Positions 18,901 to 28,906 of a stretch of 64,000 nt of DNA are shown here, one piece after another. The position numbers and the translations under genes are program-made. The stretch's first letter is position 1. Every line of letters begins with the position of its first letter. The notes beneath the pieces are model-generated. The model had not been told where the DNA came from, did not search any database, and saw only the letters and a list, made by a program, of their open reading frames with translations. The DNA is from Nostoc sp. (GTDB taxonomy: Bacteria; Cyanobacteriota; Cyanobacteriia; Cyanobacteriales; Nostocaceae): assembly GCA_036918135.1 (NCBI GenBank), contig JBALDB010000069.1:1-64000 (forward strand). The letters run 5' to 3'.

Positions 18901-21464
18901 CTTTCGGGGATTATCGAACAGGATATGAGTTTGGAGTTTTAGCTGCCAAAATAGCCGAACGATTTCACCATAAAGGTCAAAAGTGCCAAGTAAATTTGTT
19001 GTTGGGCAGTTGGTTAAATAATTGGATGAAATCGGCTCATTTGGCTGTTTCCATCAACAATGCTGGATATGAAGCAGGACTAGAATCTGGAGAATTACAA
19101 TTTGCTGGTTATAATCTTTTTGGGAATATATGCAATCAGTTTTTCCAGGGAATTCACCTCAATCGTATTCGCCTGGATATCGAGAAATTTCTCCCTTTTG
19201 CTCGACAAACGCAAAACACTCTGTTATTTGAAATTTTGCTGGAAGTACAACAGGTAATAGATAATTTAGTTGGAAATTGCAATTCTCAATATTTTCCAGA
19301 ACGCCATCATCTCAGTCAGACACCAATGGCATTGGCAATTGGCCACATTTTGCAAGCGCAATTAGCTTATTTACAACACCACTATCAAGTTGCTTTGCAG
19401 GAAATAACCGAAGCAGAAGCTTATCTCCCAGCAATTCTAGGTTTTACAACCTCAGCTAGTTATCCCTTTTACCATGCTCTAATTTTAGCTGCTCTTTATC
19501 TCCAAGCCCCGCCAGAAACACAACGCCAATATTGGCAAAGCCTAATTATCCATCAAAACCAGATGAGAATCTGGGCAAATTATTGTCCAGAGAACTTTGA
19601 GCATCGATATCTATTGATGAAAGCGGAGATTGCTCGAATTAGTAACCTAGAATTAGAGGCAATGGATTTTTACGATCGCGCGATCGCTTCTGCTCAAGCT
19701 CATGGATTTACCCAAAATGCTGCCTTAGCAAATGAATTGGCAGCAAAGTTTTGGCTAACTAAAGGTAAAACAAACATTGCTCAACTCTATTTTACTAATG
19801 CGGCGAGTGCCTACGAGCAGTGGGGAGCGATAGTAAAAGTCAAAGATTTAGAAGCACATTACCCGCAATTTTTCTTCAAAAATCAGGCTTCATCCCAATC
19901 AGAATTAACATATCATCAACAAACTACTATCTCTAAAAATAAGCACAATCTTTTAGAAAAGTTAGACTTTGCAGCATTTTTGAAAGCCTCACAAGCTATG
20001 GCTGGAGAAATTCAACTCGAACAACTCCTCTCAACTTTGATGCAAGTCATGCTAGAGAATGCTGGAGCAGAAAAATGCGTACTTTTGTTGCTAAAAAACC
20101 AGTTAGAGATAGTAGCAGTAGCTAGCTTTCGTGAAGGAAAAGTTTTCTCTCAAACAGCTGTGTGTGAGTCAACCATACCCCTAGAACAAAGCCAGGATGT
20201 ACCACTTACCCTTATTAACTATGTTAAGCGCACGTTAGAACCTTTGGTTATTGATAACATTGCTACACAATCTCGGTTTAGCGCTGACCCCTACATTATC
20301 AAATACCAACCGAGAAGCGTGTTGTGTACTCCGATGATTAATCAAGGTGAGTGGATCGGGTTGCTTTATTTAGAAAATCAATTGACAGCCGCAGCTTTCA
20401 CACGCGATCGCTTAGAAGTTGTGCAACTGTTGACAAGTCAAGCTGCTATATCTCTAAAAAATGCCCAACTCTACACTGATTTATCAAAAACCACAGCAGA
20501 ACTCAAACAAGCAAACGCTCAATTAGCAGACTATTCCCACACTCTAGAAGAAAAAGTAGCAGAGCGTACATCCCAATTAAATACTAAAACTCAGCAATTA
20601 GAAGAAGCATTCAAAAACTTACAAACTACTCAAGCACAACTAATTCAAAATGAAAAAATGTCCTCACTTGGACAACTAGTAGCAGGTATTGCTCATGAAA
20701 TAAATAACCCTATTAGCTTTATCTATGGTAATCTCACGCCAGCTACTCAATACATTGATGATTTAATGCACCTGTTGCAATGCTATCGTCAACACTATCC
20801 AAACCCTACACCACAACTACAAGCTGAAATTGCCAATATTGAACTCGATTTCATCACCGAAGACTTGCATAAGCTTCTCCATTCGATGGAAGTAGGTGCA
20901 GAAAGAATTCGAGATATTGTGATGTCACTGCGTAATTTTTCCCGTCTAGATGAAGCAGACATTAAAGCTGTTGATATTCATCAAGGTCTTGATAGCACGT
21001 TAATGATTCTGCAAAATCGTCTCCAGGCAAAACCGCAACGTCCGGAAATTAGTGTTATTAAAGAATACGCTCAACTTCCGCGCATTGAATGTTATGCTGG
21101 GCAACTCAATCAAGTATTTTTGAATCTCCTAATGAATGCAATTGATGCTCTAGAAACTTCAAGTATTAGTGGTACATCTAAAGATTTATATATTTATATC
21201 TCCACAATTATTTCCGAACCTCATCAAATAAAAATTAGCATTTCCGATAATGGTATTGGGATTAATGACAATATCAAGCCCTATTTATTTAATCCTTTCT
21301 TTACAACTAAATCTGTTGGTCAAGGTACAGGTTTAGGATTATCTATCAGTTACCAAATCATTGTAGAGCAGCATCGAGGAAATTTGGAGTGTCAATCGAC
21401 ATTTGGGGAAGGAGCAAAGTTCATTATTACGTTGCCGATCAAACATCATAAATTTAATATGTAA
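15912..21464 (+). CDS. Ser/Thr kinase-AAA ATPase-GAF-histidine kinase
   Basis: IIHKDIKPANIL, AGFSGIGKT, VIFLDDLQWAD, single GAF (LYLEN), coiled coil, AHEINNP, DNGIG, GTGLGL; paralog of 8076-14060. Confidence 0.92.
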   Translation: MVIASVRLPGFQVHEQIYAGGRSVIYRGIREQDLHPVILKVMQNEHPNFNEIVQFRNQYTITKNLDTTGIIKPYSLEQYRNGYVLVMEDDSSISLSSYINQHTSKDKFISLEEFFYIAITTTTILGELHRQRIIHKDIKPANILIHPQTKQVKLIDFSIASLLPRETQQLQNPNVLEGTLAYISPEQTGRMNRGIDYRTDFYSLGISFYEILTGQLPFKSLEPMELVYCHLAKQPIALEQFKIPLAVSDIVSKLMAKNAEDRYQSASGLKYDLEWCCCQWQEKRAIAPFKLAQTDISDRFLIPEKLYGRQSEVETLLTVFDRVAGNTEQISQASKRAHRSELILIAGFSGIGKTAVVNEVHKPIVRQKGYFIEGKFDQFQRNIPFFAFVQALQDLMLQILTQSDTQITQWKTKILAALGDNAQVIIDVIPELIRIVGAQPQVTELFGNAAQKRFNRLFRKFIQVFTSPEHPLVIFLDDLQWADTASLQLLQMLMTEKKISHLLIIGAYRDNEVSHTHPLMLTLDEIRNSQHQQSITTITLAPLTTKDINHLFADTLICTSAEALPLTQLIYQKTQGNPFFSLQMLKTLHAEEHITFAPEVGKWQYDLNQVQNLKLTDNVVEFMVLQLQKLPEVTQDVLKLAACIGNTFDLATLAIVYEKSLVETAADLWLALAEGLILPTSQTYKVFQQSNQQSCLENSNLQSQTSLDLSLLNSDNYIYEFLHDRVQQAAYALINKAQKQITHLQIGQLLIQNIPSAKQEEHIFEIVNHLNMGLQLLAQPNEQQQVAQLNLQAGRKAKNSTAYATASEYLAIAMQLLADDSWIQQYELTYAIYKERSIVEYLNSNFTQSNALIQQALIQAQSALDKAELYYLLIVQHTLQADYSLAIQAGKQALLLLGINLPDDNIQSLIEARIIGIRTSLENRKIISLLDLPENSSPIYRCAIQLLINLDPPTYITSALDLYTLVTVKAVNLSIQHGNIAESAKAYANYGFILGSAFGDYRTGYEFGVLAAKIAERFHHKGQKCQVNLLLGSWLNNWMKSAHLAVSINNAGYEAGLESGELQFAGYNLFGNICNQFFQGIHLNRIRLDIEKFLPFARQTQNTLLFEILLEVQQVIDNLVGNCNSQYFPERHHLSQTPMALAIGHILQAQLAYLQHHYQVALQEITEAEAYLPAILGFTTSASYPFYHALILAALYLQAPPETQRQYWQSLIIHQNQMRIWANYCPENFEHRYLLMKAEIARISNLELEAMDFYDRAIASAQAHGFTQNAALANELAAKFWLTKGKTNIAQLYFTNAASAYEQWGAIVKVKDLEAHYPQFFFKNQASSQSELTYHQQTTISKNKHNLLEKLDFAAFLKASQAMAGEIQLEQLLSTLMQVMLENAGAEKCVLLLLKNQLEIVAVASFREGKVFSQTAVCESTIPLEQSQDVPLTLINYVKRTLEPLVIDNIATQSRFSADPYIIKYQPRSVLCTPMINQGEWIGLLYLENQLTAAAFTRDRLEVVQLLTSQAAISLKNAQLYTDLSKTTAELKQANAQLADYSHTLEEKVAERTSQLNTKTQQLEEAFKNLQTTQAQLIQNEKMSSLGQLVAGIAHEINNPISFIYGNLTPATQYIDDLMHLLQCYRQHYPNPTPQLQAEIANIELDFITEDLHKLLHSMEVGAERIRDIVMSLRNFSRLDEADIKAVDIHQGLDSTLMILQNRLQAKPQRPEISVIKEYAQLPRIECYAGQLNQVFLNLLMNAIDALETSSISGTSKDLYIYISTIISEPHQIKISISDNGIGINDNIKPYLFNPFFTTKSVGQGTGLGLSISYQIIVEQHRGNLECQSTFGEGAKFIITLPIKHHKFNM

Positions 21465-21562
21465 TGAATTAAGCTACCCTTGCATCTAATTTGCACATCT
21501 TCACGTGTTGACTGTTGACGGTTGACAGTTAACCGTCAACAGTTAACGAACTTAGGAAGTAA

Positions 21563-21678
21563 TATCATGTCCGGCAAATTACTTATGATGTGTCATTGCG
21601 AACAAAGTGAAGTAATCACAAGGCCTCTGCGATTGCTTCACTTCGTTCGCAATGACAACTGTTTAACCAGACATGATA
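21563..21678. mobile_element. MITE-like element (TATCATG family, copy 3) with internal GTCATTGCG...CGCAATGAC hairpin
   Basis: TATCATGTCCGG ... CCAGACATGATA ends, TAA duplicated on both flanks. Confidence 0.8.
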
Positions 21679-21739
21679 TAAGTGTGCAATTTAAAAGCCA
21701 ATACGGTTCGTATCCCTTACTCCCCACTCAGCACTTCTT

Positions 21740-22939
21740 ATGCAACCTCGACAAACCATCATTGAAATCTTTTCAACTTTTGTGCAATTTGCTGGCGATC
21801 GCTTTAGTCGTTGGGCGATAGAATCAAGTTTGCGTCGCAGTATCCAAAGTTGTGTCAACCAGACGCCACAAGAAACTTCAGAGTATTTTTGGGCGCTTTA
21901 TTGGTATAAGTTTTGGCAGCTTCCCGAAACTGAGGTACTGGCTAGGCAACACCTCACAGCTTACTTGCAAGAACCCTGTTATTGGGCATCTCAAAAAACA
22001 GTGGTTAATTTTGCCAGCACTCAGTATAAATTATCAGACTGTTTTCAGATTGCGATCGCCCAAGTTGATAAAATCCTCAAAGGTTTCAATCCCAATCAAG
22101 GTTTTTCTTTAAAAAACTACGCCAACGCCATTTTTAGTGGTGCTATCCGCGAAACTTTACGTCAAAATAGTGAAATTGATATCTGTACAGACTGGGGACT
22201 ATTGCGAAAAATCACTAAAAAGTTTTTAGTAGAATCTTTGCAAAATACAGGTTTATCTCCAGAGGATATTAATGTTTATATTCTGGCTTGGGAATCTTTT
22301 AAAACCCTATATATTCCTACGAAAACTGGTACTTATCGCCAACTTTCTCGACCCAACGATGCAATTTGGCAAGCAATTGCTAAAGCTTATAATTCACAAA
22401 GTAGTCAACAAGTCAATCCCCAAACTCTAGAAAAATGGCTGCTCAATTCTGCTAAAGCTGTACGCAAATATCGCTATCCAACACCGGAGTCTTTGAATAT
22501 CCGCAAAGGTAGCGATGATTCTTGGGAGTGGTTAGATAATCTCCCAGGAAGCCAACAAGAATCCCTGATTAATGAAATTGTCGCCCAAGAAGAAGAACAA
22601 AATAGAATTTCTCAGCAAACAGAAATTAACAAAGTTTTAGTAGTGGCGATCGCTCAACTTGAACCGCAATTACAAGAAATTATAAAACTTTACTACGGCG
22701 AACAACTCACTCAAGACAAAATTGCCAAACAATTACAAATGCAGCAATATACAGTCTCTCGGCGACTAAAAAAAGCCCAAGAAGCTTTATTGCGGTCTTT
22801 AGCTAACTGGAGTCGAGATAATTTGCATATTACTGTAACATCAGACCTACTTAAAAGTATAAATATAGTGATGGAGGAATGGTTGAGAAATTACTGGCGA
22901 CTAGAGAAGTCGAACCACATCCCCCCATCCCTCGGTTAG
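21740..22939 (+). CDS. Sigma-70-family-like protein of the cyanobacterial type that pairs with DUF1822
   Basis: FSTF N-terminus, HLTAYLQEPCYW, C-terminal region-4 HTH LYYGEQLTQDKIAKQLQMQQYTVSRRL. Confidence 0.8.
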   Translation: MQPRQTIIEIFSTFVQFAGDRFSRWAIESSLRRSIQSCVNQTPQETSEYFWALYWYKFWQLPETEVLARQHLTAYLQEPCYWASQKTVVNFASTQYKLSDCFQIAIAQVDKILKGFNPNQGFSLKNYANAIFSGAIRETLRQNSEIDICTDWGLLRKITKKFLVESLQNTGLSPEDINVYILAWESFKTLYIPTKTGTYRQLSRPNDAIWQAIAKAYNSQSSQQVNPQTLEKWLLNSAKAVRKYRYPTPESLNIRKGSDDSWEWLDNLPGSQQESLINEIVAQEEEQNRISQQTEINKVLVVAIAQLEPQLQEIIKLYYGEQLTQDKIAKQLQMQQYTVSRRLKKAQEALLRSLANWSRDNLHITVTSDLLKSINIVMEEWLRNYWRLEKSNHIPPSLG

Positions 22940-22997
22940 CGTACCCCTATGGGGAAGCAAGCTACGCTACGCGTAGAGAAGTCGAACCACATCCCCC
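22902..22997 (+). repeat. 24-bp direct repeat bracketing a small dispersed repeat at the sigma-like gene 3' end
   Basis: TAGAGAAGTCGAACCACATCCCCC at 22902-22925 and 22974-22997, with GCGTACCCCTATGGGGAAGCAAGCTACGC between. Confidence 0.8.
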
Positions 22998-23015
22998 ATT
23001 CCTGGAGCAACCACC

Positions 23016-24191
23016 ATGACTGCTGAGACCACCGTATTTACTTTTGCTAATCCAACAGACCTGATTTTAGAAATTCCCACTGCTACCCAAAATCACGCAG
23101 ATGCTCGCAGTCAATCTTTTTCTAACCCGACCTCTGGCTATCAAGGTTATATTAATGAACTTTGCCTGGGTGCTGTCTTGCAGTGGCTACAAGAAGATTT
23201 CACACCGCAAGCAAAGGTCTGGCCAACTACCACCGTCTTATCCAGTTTTTGGGAACTAGTAAATGGAACGGCAATTACGCTAGACGCAACTCGATTTATT
23301 CTGGTTCCGAGTGAAACAATAGATTTAAGTGAATTGCGAGTACCGCAAGAATGGGTCGATATTCCCGGTTGGGTAGGTGATTATTATTTAGCCGTGCAGG
23401 TAGAACCAGATGAAAGCTATGTGAGAATTTGGGGTTACTGCACCCATGCACAACTCAAAGCTAGGGGCAGTTATGATGCAGGCGATCGCACTTATTCTCT
23501 TGATGCTAATAATATCATTAATGACATCAACATTTTAGCCGTGGCGCGGCAACTTTGCCCAGAAGAACCAACACGCAGCGCTATTGAACAGATAAGCACT
23601 TTACCACAACCACAAGCACAAAACCTAATTGCCCGTCTGGGAAATCCGGAAATACTTACACCCAGACTCGCTATTCCTTTTCAACTATGGGCGGGATTAA
23701 TTGCACACGCTGGTTGGCGCAAAAGCTTATATCAACGCCGCTTGGGACTACCAGAACAGTGGTCAGTTATTCAATGGTTGCAAAGTGGTGTTTCCCAAGT
23801 TGGCGAAGCTGTTGGTTGGGGAAGCTTTGATTTACAAGTGAGTGAAGCTGGGGCGCGGGGTGTTGAACAAACGCCACCGCAGACAATTATATCTCGTCAG
23901 TTGGCGATCGCAGGTCAAATCTACGAACTGCTAATTACACCGCAAGGCGAACCAGACGCAACTATTTGGCGCTTTGAGTTACGTAACCTGACTGTGGGTG
24001 CAGCCATCCCTGGCGGTTTTAAACTCCGACTCCTGAGTGAAGATTTACAGCCCTTCCCCAACAACGAAGATATTGCCACAACTGCCGTAGAACAACTTTA
24101 CATAGAGGTTGCCTTGGAACCAACAGAAGGCATAGTCTGGGAAATAGAACCTCTTCCCGAAAACTATGACCGAGAAATACTCAGATTTTAA
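23016..24191 (+). CDS. DUF1822 family protein
   Basis: WELVNGTAI, ELRVPQEWVDIP.W.GDYYLAVQV, IPGGFKLRLLSEDLQPF, EGIVWEIEP. Confidence 0.88.
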   Translation: MTAETTVFTFANPTDLILEIPTATQNHADARSQSFSNPTSGYQGYINELCLGAVLQWLQEDFTPQAKVWPTTTVLSSFWELVNGTAITLDATRFILVPSETIDLSELRVPQEWVDIPGWVGDYYLAVQVEPDESYVRIWGYCTHAQLKARGSYDAGDRTYSLDANNIINDINILAVARQLCPEEPTRSAIEQISTLPQPQAQNLIARLGNPEILTPRLAIPFQLWAGLIAHAGWRKSLYQRRLGLPEQWSVIQWLQSGVSQVGEAVGWGSFDLQVSEAGARGVEQTPPQTIISRQLAIAGQIYELLITPQGEPDATIWRFELRNLTVGAAIPGGFKLRLLSEDLQPFPNNEDIATTAVEQLYIEVALEPTEGIVWEIEPLPENYDREILRF

Positions 24192-24263
24192 GCTATTGTT
24201 TGGCTATTTTATTGGTAGTAAAGTGGAGAATTATCCGGTAAATCCACCTAAACATAAAAAGCC

Positions 24264-24731
24264 ATGAGAGAAAAACCTAAACAACAAATGCGTATATGGG
24301 CGATGTTGTGTCACCTCTCGGCTTTATTGGCATGGATATTAGTGTTGTTTTTGGTATTTCTTGGCATACCTTTATATTTGCCCCTGAATCTGTTAGCCCC
24401 ACTGCTGATTTGGCGATTCAAAAAAGTAAAATATCCTTGGATTGATTTACAAGGTAAAGAATCTTTAAATTTTCAAATTTCTTTAACATTTTATACATTG
24501 ATTTTCATAGTCATCTCTTTGTTTTTTGTGTTAACCAGCTTGAGTTTGGCAGTGACTACTAATAGTAAAGTTAATCAAGTAGAAATAACATTAGATAGTT
24601 TATTAATTGTAATGATGTGCTTAATTTCATTAATACTATTACTACAATCATTTTTAGTGAGTTTTGCCGCAATCAAAGCTTATAATGGCGAACATTATCG
24701 TTATCCTTTGACAATTAGAGTTTTACGATAA
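24264..24731 (+). CDS. DUF4870 family membrane protein
   Basis: WAMLCHLS, QGKESLNFQIS, KAYNGEHYRYPLTIR. Confidence 0.88.
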   Translation: MREKPKQQMRIWAMLCHLSALLAWILVLFLVFLGIPLYLPLNLLAPLLIWRFKKVKYPWIDLQGKESLNFQISLTFYTLIFIVISLFFVLTSLSLAVTTNSKVNQVEITLDSLLIVMMCLISLILLLQSFLVSFAAIKAYNGEHYRYPLTIRVLR

Positions 24732-25110
24732 TAATTGATTAATTCTCTATTATTGAAAATCTACAATTTTCAAAAAAGATTAAACAATATCCCTATCATT
24801 AACTTAGATAAAAATATAGGATGACTAAGTTTGACATAAAAAATGTCCTAAAAAATTAAACTTTTCGCTGAAAATCGCACTCCGACTTTGTTCTCAACAA
24901 GTTTCACATAATAATACAGCAGATTTGAGAGAAACTGAAGTACATATTCTAAGTCTTAAAACTAAGTATAAAGCCTGTCTTACTTGTAACTTCTGCTGCA
25001 TCTAGTTATTTTCTTGAGGTTTTCATGGTTTTGTAATCAAGCTTAAATTAAATGCTATAGAATAAGGATAACGAAAGAAACTAATTTGGTTATACACCAA
25101 AATAATTTTT

Positions 25111-26019
25111 ATGAGAATAGCATACATAATTTTGGCACATAATTATCCCGAACAATTAGGGCGTCTTATTTATAAATTAAACACAGATAATGTTTCATTT
25201 TTTATACATATAGACAAAAAAACAGATAGTAAAATATATTTTCAAATATATTCTCAATTTAATAAGTTTTCAAATGTATTTTTTATTAAAAGATATAATT
25301 CAGGATGGGGAAGTTTTAATGCTGTTAGAGCTAGTCTTGAAGGAATAAATTCAATAGTAGAAACAGGTATTTACTTTGATTATATTATTCACTTGTCTGG
25401 ACAAGACTATTTAATAAAATCCAATAGTGAGATATGTAACTTTCTCCAAAACAATAAAGGTAAAGAATTTCTAGAATATTTCCCACTACCTTACAGTAAA
25501 TGGAAAAAAGGTGGCTTTAGAAGAATAGAATATTGGCATATTCGTTGGAATAATGAGGATTTTTGTATTCCGGAAGAACGTGAATTTAAATCTCCAATTG
25601 CATCTTTGTTATATTCATTATTAATTTTAATTTTACCCAAACGCAAACTTCCTGAAGGCTTTGCTTTTTTTGGAGGGTCTGCATTTTGGTGTTTAACTGG
25701 AGAATGTGTAAAGTATATAAATGATTTTGTAAAACAAAACCCTAAGTTTATTAATCGCTTTAATTACACTTCCTTGGCAGATGAGCTATTTTATCAAATA
25801 GTTATTTTAAATTCACCTTTTAAAGATAAAGTAGTTAACGATAACATGAGATATATAGATTGGGGTGATGAAGTTGAAGTTTATCATCCAAAAGTTTTAG
25901 AGAAAAAAGATTTTGAAAAAATCAGACAATCAGAAAAATTATTCGCTAGGAAGTTTGATACAAATAAAGACTCAGATATATTAAATATGATAGATAAAAT
26001 GATATTATCAAATAAATAA
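25111..26019 (+). CDS. GT14 (core-2/I-branching) beta-1,6-N-acetylglucosaminyltransferase-like glycosyltransferase
   Basis: IAYIILAH, FIHIDKK, WGSF, LSGQDY, GGSAFW, DELFYQ, RYIDW, FARKF. Confidence 0.9.
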   Translation: MRIAYIILAHNYPEQLGRLIYKLNTDNVSFFIHIDKKTDSKIYFQIYSQFNKFSNVFFIKRYNSGWGSFNAVRASLEGINSIVETGIYFDYIIHLSGQDYLIKSNSEICNFLQNNKGKEFLEYFPLPYSKWKKGGFRRIEYWHIRWNNEDFCIPEEREFKSPIASLLYSLLILILPKRKLPEGFAFFGGSAFWCLTGECVKYINDFVKQNPKFINRFNYTSLADELFYQIVILNSPFKDKVVNDNMRYIDWGDEVEVYHPKVLEKKDFEKIRQSEKLFARKFDTNKDSDILNMIDKMILSNK

Positions 26020-26051
26020 TAATTTGTAGAAGTATGCAAGTACAGGATGAT

Positions 26052-27149
26052 ATGATTGGGGTTGCGATCGCTGGCACTGGATTTGGTCAAAAAGTCCACA
26101 TTCCGGGATTCCAAGCATATCCTCGCACTGAAGTAGTTGCTGTTTATCACCGAGATATCGATAAAGCTAAAGCCATAGCACAATCCTATAACATTCCTCA
26201 GGCCTGCGACACACTTGCAGATATTGTGGCATTACCAGAAGTACAAGCAGTCAGCATCTCGACGCCGCCGTTTTTGCACTATGAAATGGCAAAAATAGTC
26301 CTAGAAGCAGGCAAACATTTACTAATAGAAAAACCTATAACTTTAAATGCAGATGAAGCTAAAAAACTTTATCGATTAGCTAAAGAAAAAAACGTTATTG
26401 CTAGTGTAGATTTTGAATTTCGCTTTGTACCAGGATGGCAATTATTTGCTGAACTTTTGTCAGCAGGTTATGTGGGTGAATTGCGCCTAATTAGAATTGA
26501 TTGGTTAGGTTCTTCTCGTGCTGATGCTTCCCGTCCTTGGAATTGGTATTCTGACAAAGAAAAAGGAGGCGGTGCATTGGGGTCTTTGGGTTCCCACGCC
26601 TTCGATTATATTCACTGGTTATTTGGCCCAGTCCGTAAATTAAACGCACACTTAAGTACTGCAATTCCGACAAGAATTGACCCGACAAATAAAGAATCCA
26701 AGCTAGTAAATACAGATGACAACTGTATATTAACGCTGGAAGTAGCAAATGGTACACCTTGTCAACTTACAATTAGCGCGGTAGTTCATGCACCAAGAAC
26801 CCATTGGATAGAAGTATATGGCGATCGCGGTACTTTAATTGTAGGTAGTGAAAATCAAAAAGATTATATACATGGCTTTCGTGTTTGGGGTTCCCAGCCA
26901 GGTAAACCTCTCACAGAAATAGAAATACCAAATCGATTAATTTTTCCCAAAAATTACACTGATGGTCGAATTTCTGCATTTATTCGTGTCATAGACCAAT
27001 GGGTACAAGGAATTGACCAAAAACAGCAAACAGTACCATCCCTGCGAGAAGGAGTTTATTCTCAGCTATTGATGGATTTATCCCACAAATCCCATGAAAT
27101 AAATAGCTGGGTGAATGTACCCAGCTTAGAAGCTTATCTTGAAAGTTAA
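26052..27149 (+). CDS. Gfo/Idh/MocA family oxidoreductase
   Basis: GTGFG, ISTPPFLH, GKHLLIEKP, GGGALGSLGSHAFD; start placed at MIGVAIAG. Confidence 0.9.
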   Translation: MIGVAIAGTGFGQKVHIPGFQAYPRTEVVAVYHRDIDKAKAIAQSYNIPQACDTLADIVALPEVQAVSISTPPFLHYEMAKIVLEAGKHLLIEKPITLNADEAKKLYRLAKEKNVIASVDFEFRFVPGWQLFAELLSAGYVGELRLIRIDWLGSSRADASRPWNWYSDKEKGGGALGSLGSHAFDYIHWLFGPVRKLNAHLSTAIPTRIDPTNKESKLVNTDDNCILTLEVANGTPCQLTISAVVHAPRTHWIEVYGDRGTLIVGSENQKDYIHGFRVWGSQPGKPLTEIEIPNRLIFPKNYTDGRISAFIRVIDQWVQGIDQKQQTVPSLREGVYSQLLMDLSHKSHEINSWVNVPSLEAYLES

Positions 27150-27285
27150 TAAGGGAGTAATTTAATTTTGGATTTAAGATTTTGGATTTGAGATTTTTTA
27201 TTCAATCTCAAATTCAAAATTTCAAACTCATTTAGCTAAAAATTATCTCCCTTATTCCCCTATTTCTCACTCTCTTTTCAAATAC

Positions 27286-27744
27286 TTAAAAGAACACAAA
27301 TTGAGCTGTACCAGATAAAGGAATTATTGTGTAAAACTTTGTCTGGCCTTGTTTAGATTCATAAATCTTAGAAGAGTAGTTGGCAGTTGTAATACCTTTG
27401 GTCACGATTTTCGACTCGTTACTTTGTCCAAGATTTACAGGAGGTAACAGTAAGCTGAATGTGACATAGCCATTATTTCTTGTTTTATAAAGAGTCACCG
27501 TCACCAACGTACCAATTTCTACTTCCTGACTACGGATTTGATCTCCCACAAAATCCAATGTCCGTTGCTGGTCTTGATACCTTAAGCGAGGTTTGCCATC
27601 AAAACTTGTTGTTGAATAGGTCACATTAACATTTTGCCCTTGCAGTTGATATAAGTCAGGTGTTTGTGCTGCTAAGGCATAAGTTGGTATCGCTGTTAAT
27701 ACCATACCTAGTGTTAACGATGAAACTAAGTTTTTGGTTCGCAT
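27286..27744 (-). CDS. Hypothetical secreted protein
   Basis: 152 aa with a signal peptide ending ALA-AQ and a beta-strand-rich mature part. Confidence 0.65.
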   Translation of the reverse strand: MRTKNLVSSLTLGMVLTAIPTYALAAQTPDLYQLQGQNVNVTYSTTSFDGKPRLRYQDQQRTLDFVGDQIRSQEVEIGTLVTVTLYKTRNNGYVTFSLLLPPVNLGQSNESKIVTKGITTANYSSKIYESKQGQTKFYTIIPLSGTAQFVFF

Positions 27745-28061
27745 GTCTGAAAAAGTAATTAATGAGTTTGAAACGAAGTTACATTCGTAACTTAATGATT
27801 TGACAGGACTTTTATGGCAATTTATGCCGTTTGACTATAAATTACCCTTCATTTATTTTTTACAATGACATACTCAATGTCAACAAAAGCTAAGAATTGG
27901 TTAAATTTGATGTATAAAATTGTTGAATAATAATTATTTACGTAAAGATACGACAAATTACTTGCTTGACTTGGGTTTGATTAATTTTATACTAAACAAT
28001 AATTGAACACAGATTCAGAAACAAGTCAAAAGGCACAATTGAATATGTTTAATTTTGTTTA

Positions 28062-28637
28062 TTAGCGGTGATAAAATTCCACTTCTTTCTCTAAAATCTT
28101 GAGATCGTAGTTACCAAAAAAATCGTGACCTAGTAGCCCGATGTCAGCTTGGGGAGCGATCGCTACTTGAAGATTATGCGCTACGACTCTACCTACTGTA
28201 ATAGATTTTACTTTACTGGTTGAAAATTGTACTTCACTTCCATCAGCAACTTGAGCTTGTATCATACCTGTAGTTTCCAGTTGCAAACTACTAGCCATAT
28301 TTCTAGTAATCACAGTAGCACTAGCACCTGTATCTACAATCATTTCAAAGGTTTTTTTGTTGTTGAAAGTAACATCAATTATCGGAGTTCCACCAAAGCG
28401 GCGTTTGATGGGAACCCGAAAAACTCTCTCGTCTGGAGGTGCGTTTGAAGGTGCGGCGGTTGTACCACCACAAAGCCTTGCCAATCCAATGGTTTCACCA
28501 GAAGAGGTTACCATAAAACATCCCCCTGGATCTCCAATTGATGCTTGATTAAATAATACTAAAAATACCAGTGTCGGCATGAGTGCAAACCCATTTAAAT
28601 TAATGGTTTTAATCCCATGCTTCCAAACCTTATTCAT
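28062..28637 (-). CDS. Retropepsin-like (clan AA) aspartic protease
   Basis: MIVDTGAS catalytic motif, GLLGHDFF, N-terminal signal plus CFMV...LARLC segment. Confidence 0.88.
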   Translation of the reverse strand: MNKVWKHGIKTINLNGFALMPTLVFLVLFNQASIGDPGGCFMVTSSGETIGLARLCGGTTAAPSNAPPDERVFRVPIKRRFGGTPIIDVTFNNKKTFEMIVDTGASATVITRNMASSLQLETTGMIQAQVADGSEVQFSTSKVKSITVGRVVAHNLQVAIAPQADIGLLGHDFFGNYDLKILEKEVEFYHR

Positions 28638-28906
28638 ATTATCTTAATTCTCCGATTTGTTGATATTTATTAATCTCTTAATCTTTAAATACATTTAGTT
28701 AGTAAATATTATTTTTTTATAGTTATAGATGTTTAATTATATTAGCTAAAAGTACTGAGCAAGAAATTAAAGATTAGGTAAAGACACGATAAAATTACTG
28801 AGAGTTGATTTCTCAAGTAAATATAGTAATGTAGTTTTGATTTCTAAACTTATTTGTGTAGCCAAGGAGTAGGGAGCAATGAAAATTTATTTTTCTCACT
28901 CCCTTA

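Noticed and set aside
21522..21821. 99-aa ORF (CHCEQSEVI...LLHFVRND)
   Set aside because: Translation of the MITE hairpin; overlaps the sigma-like gene start
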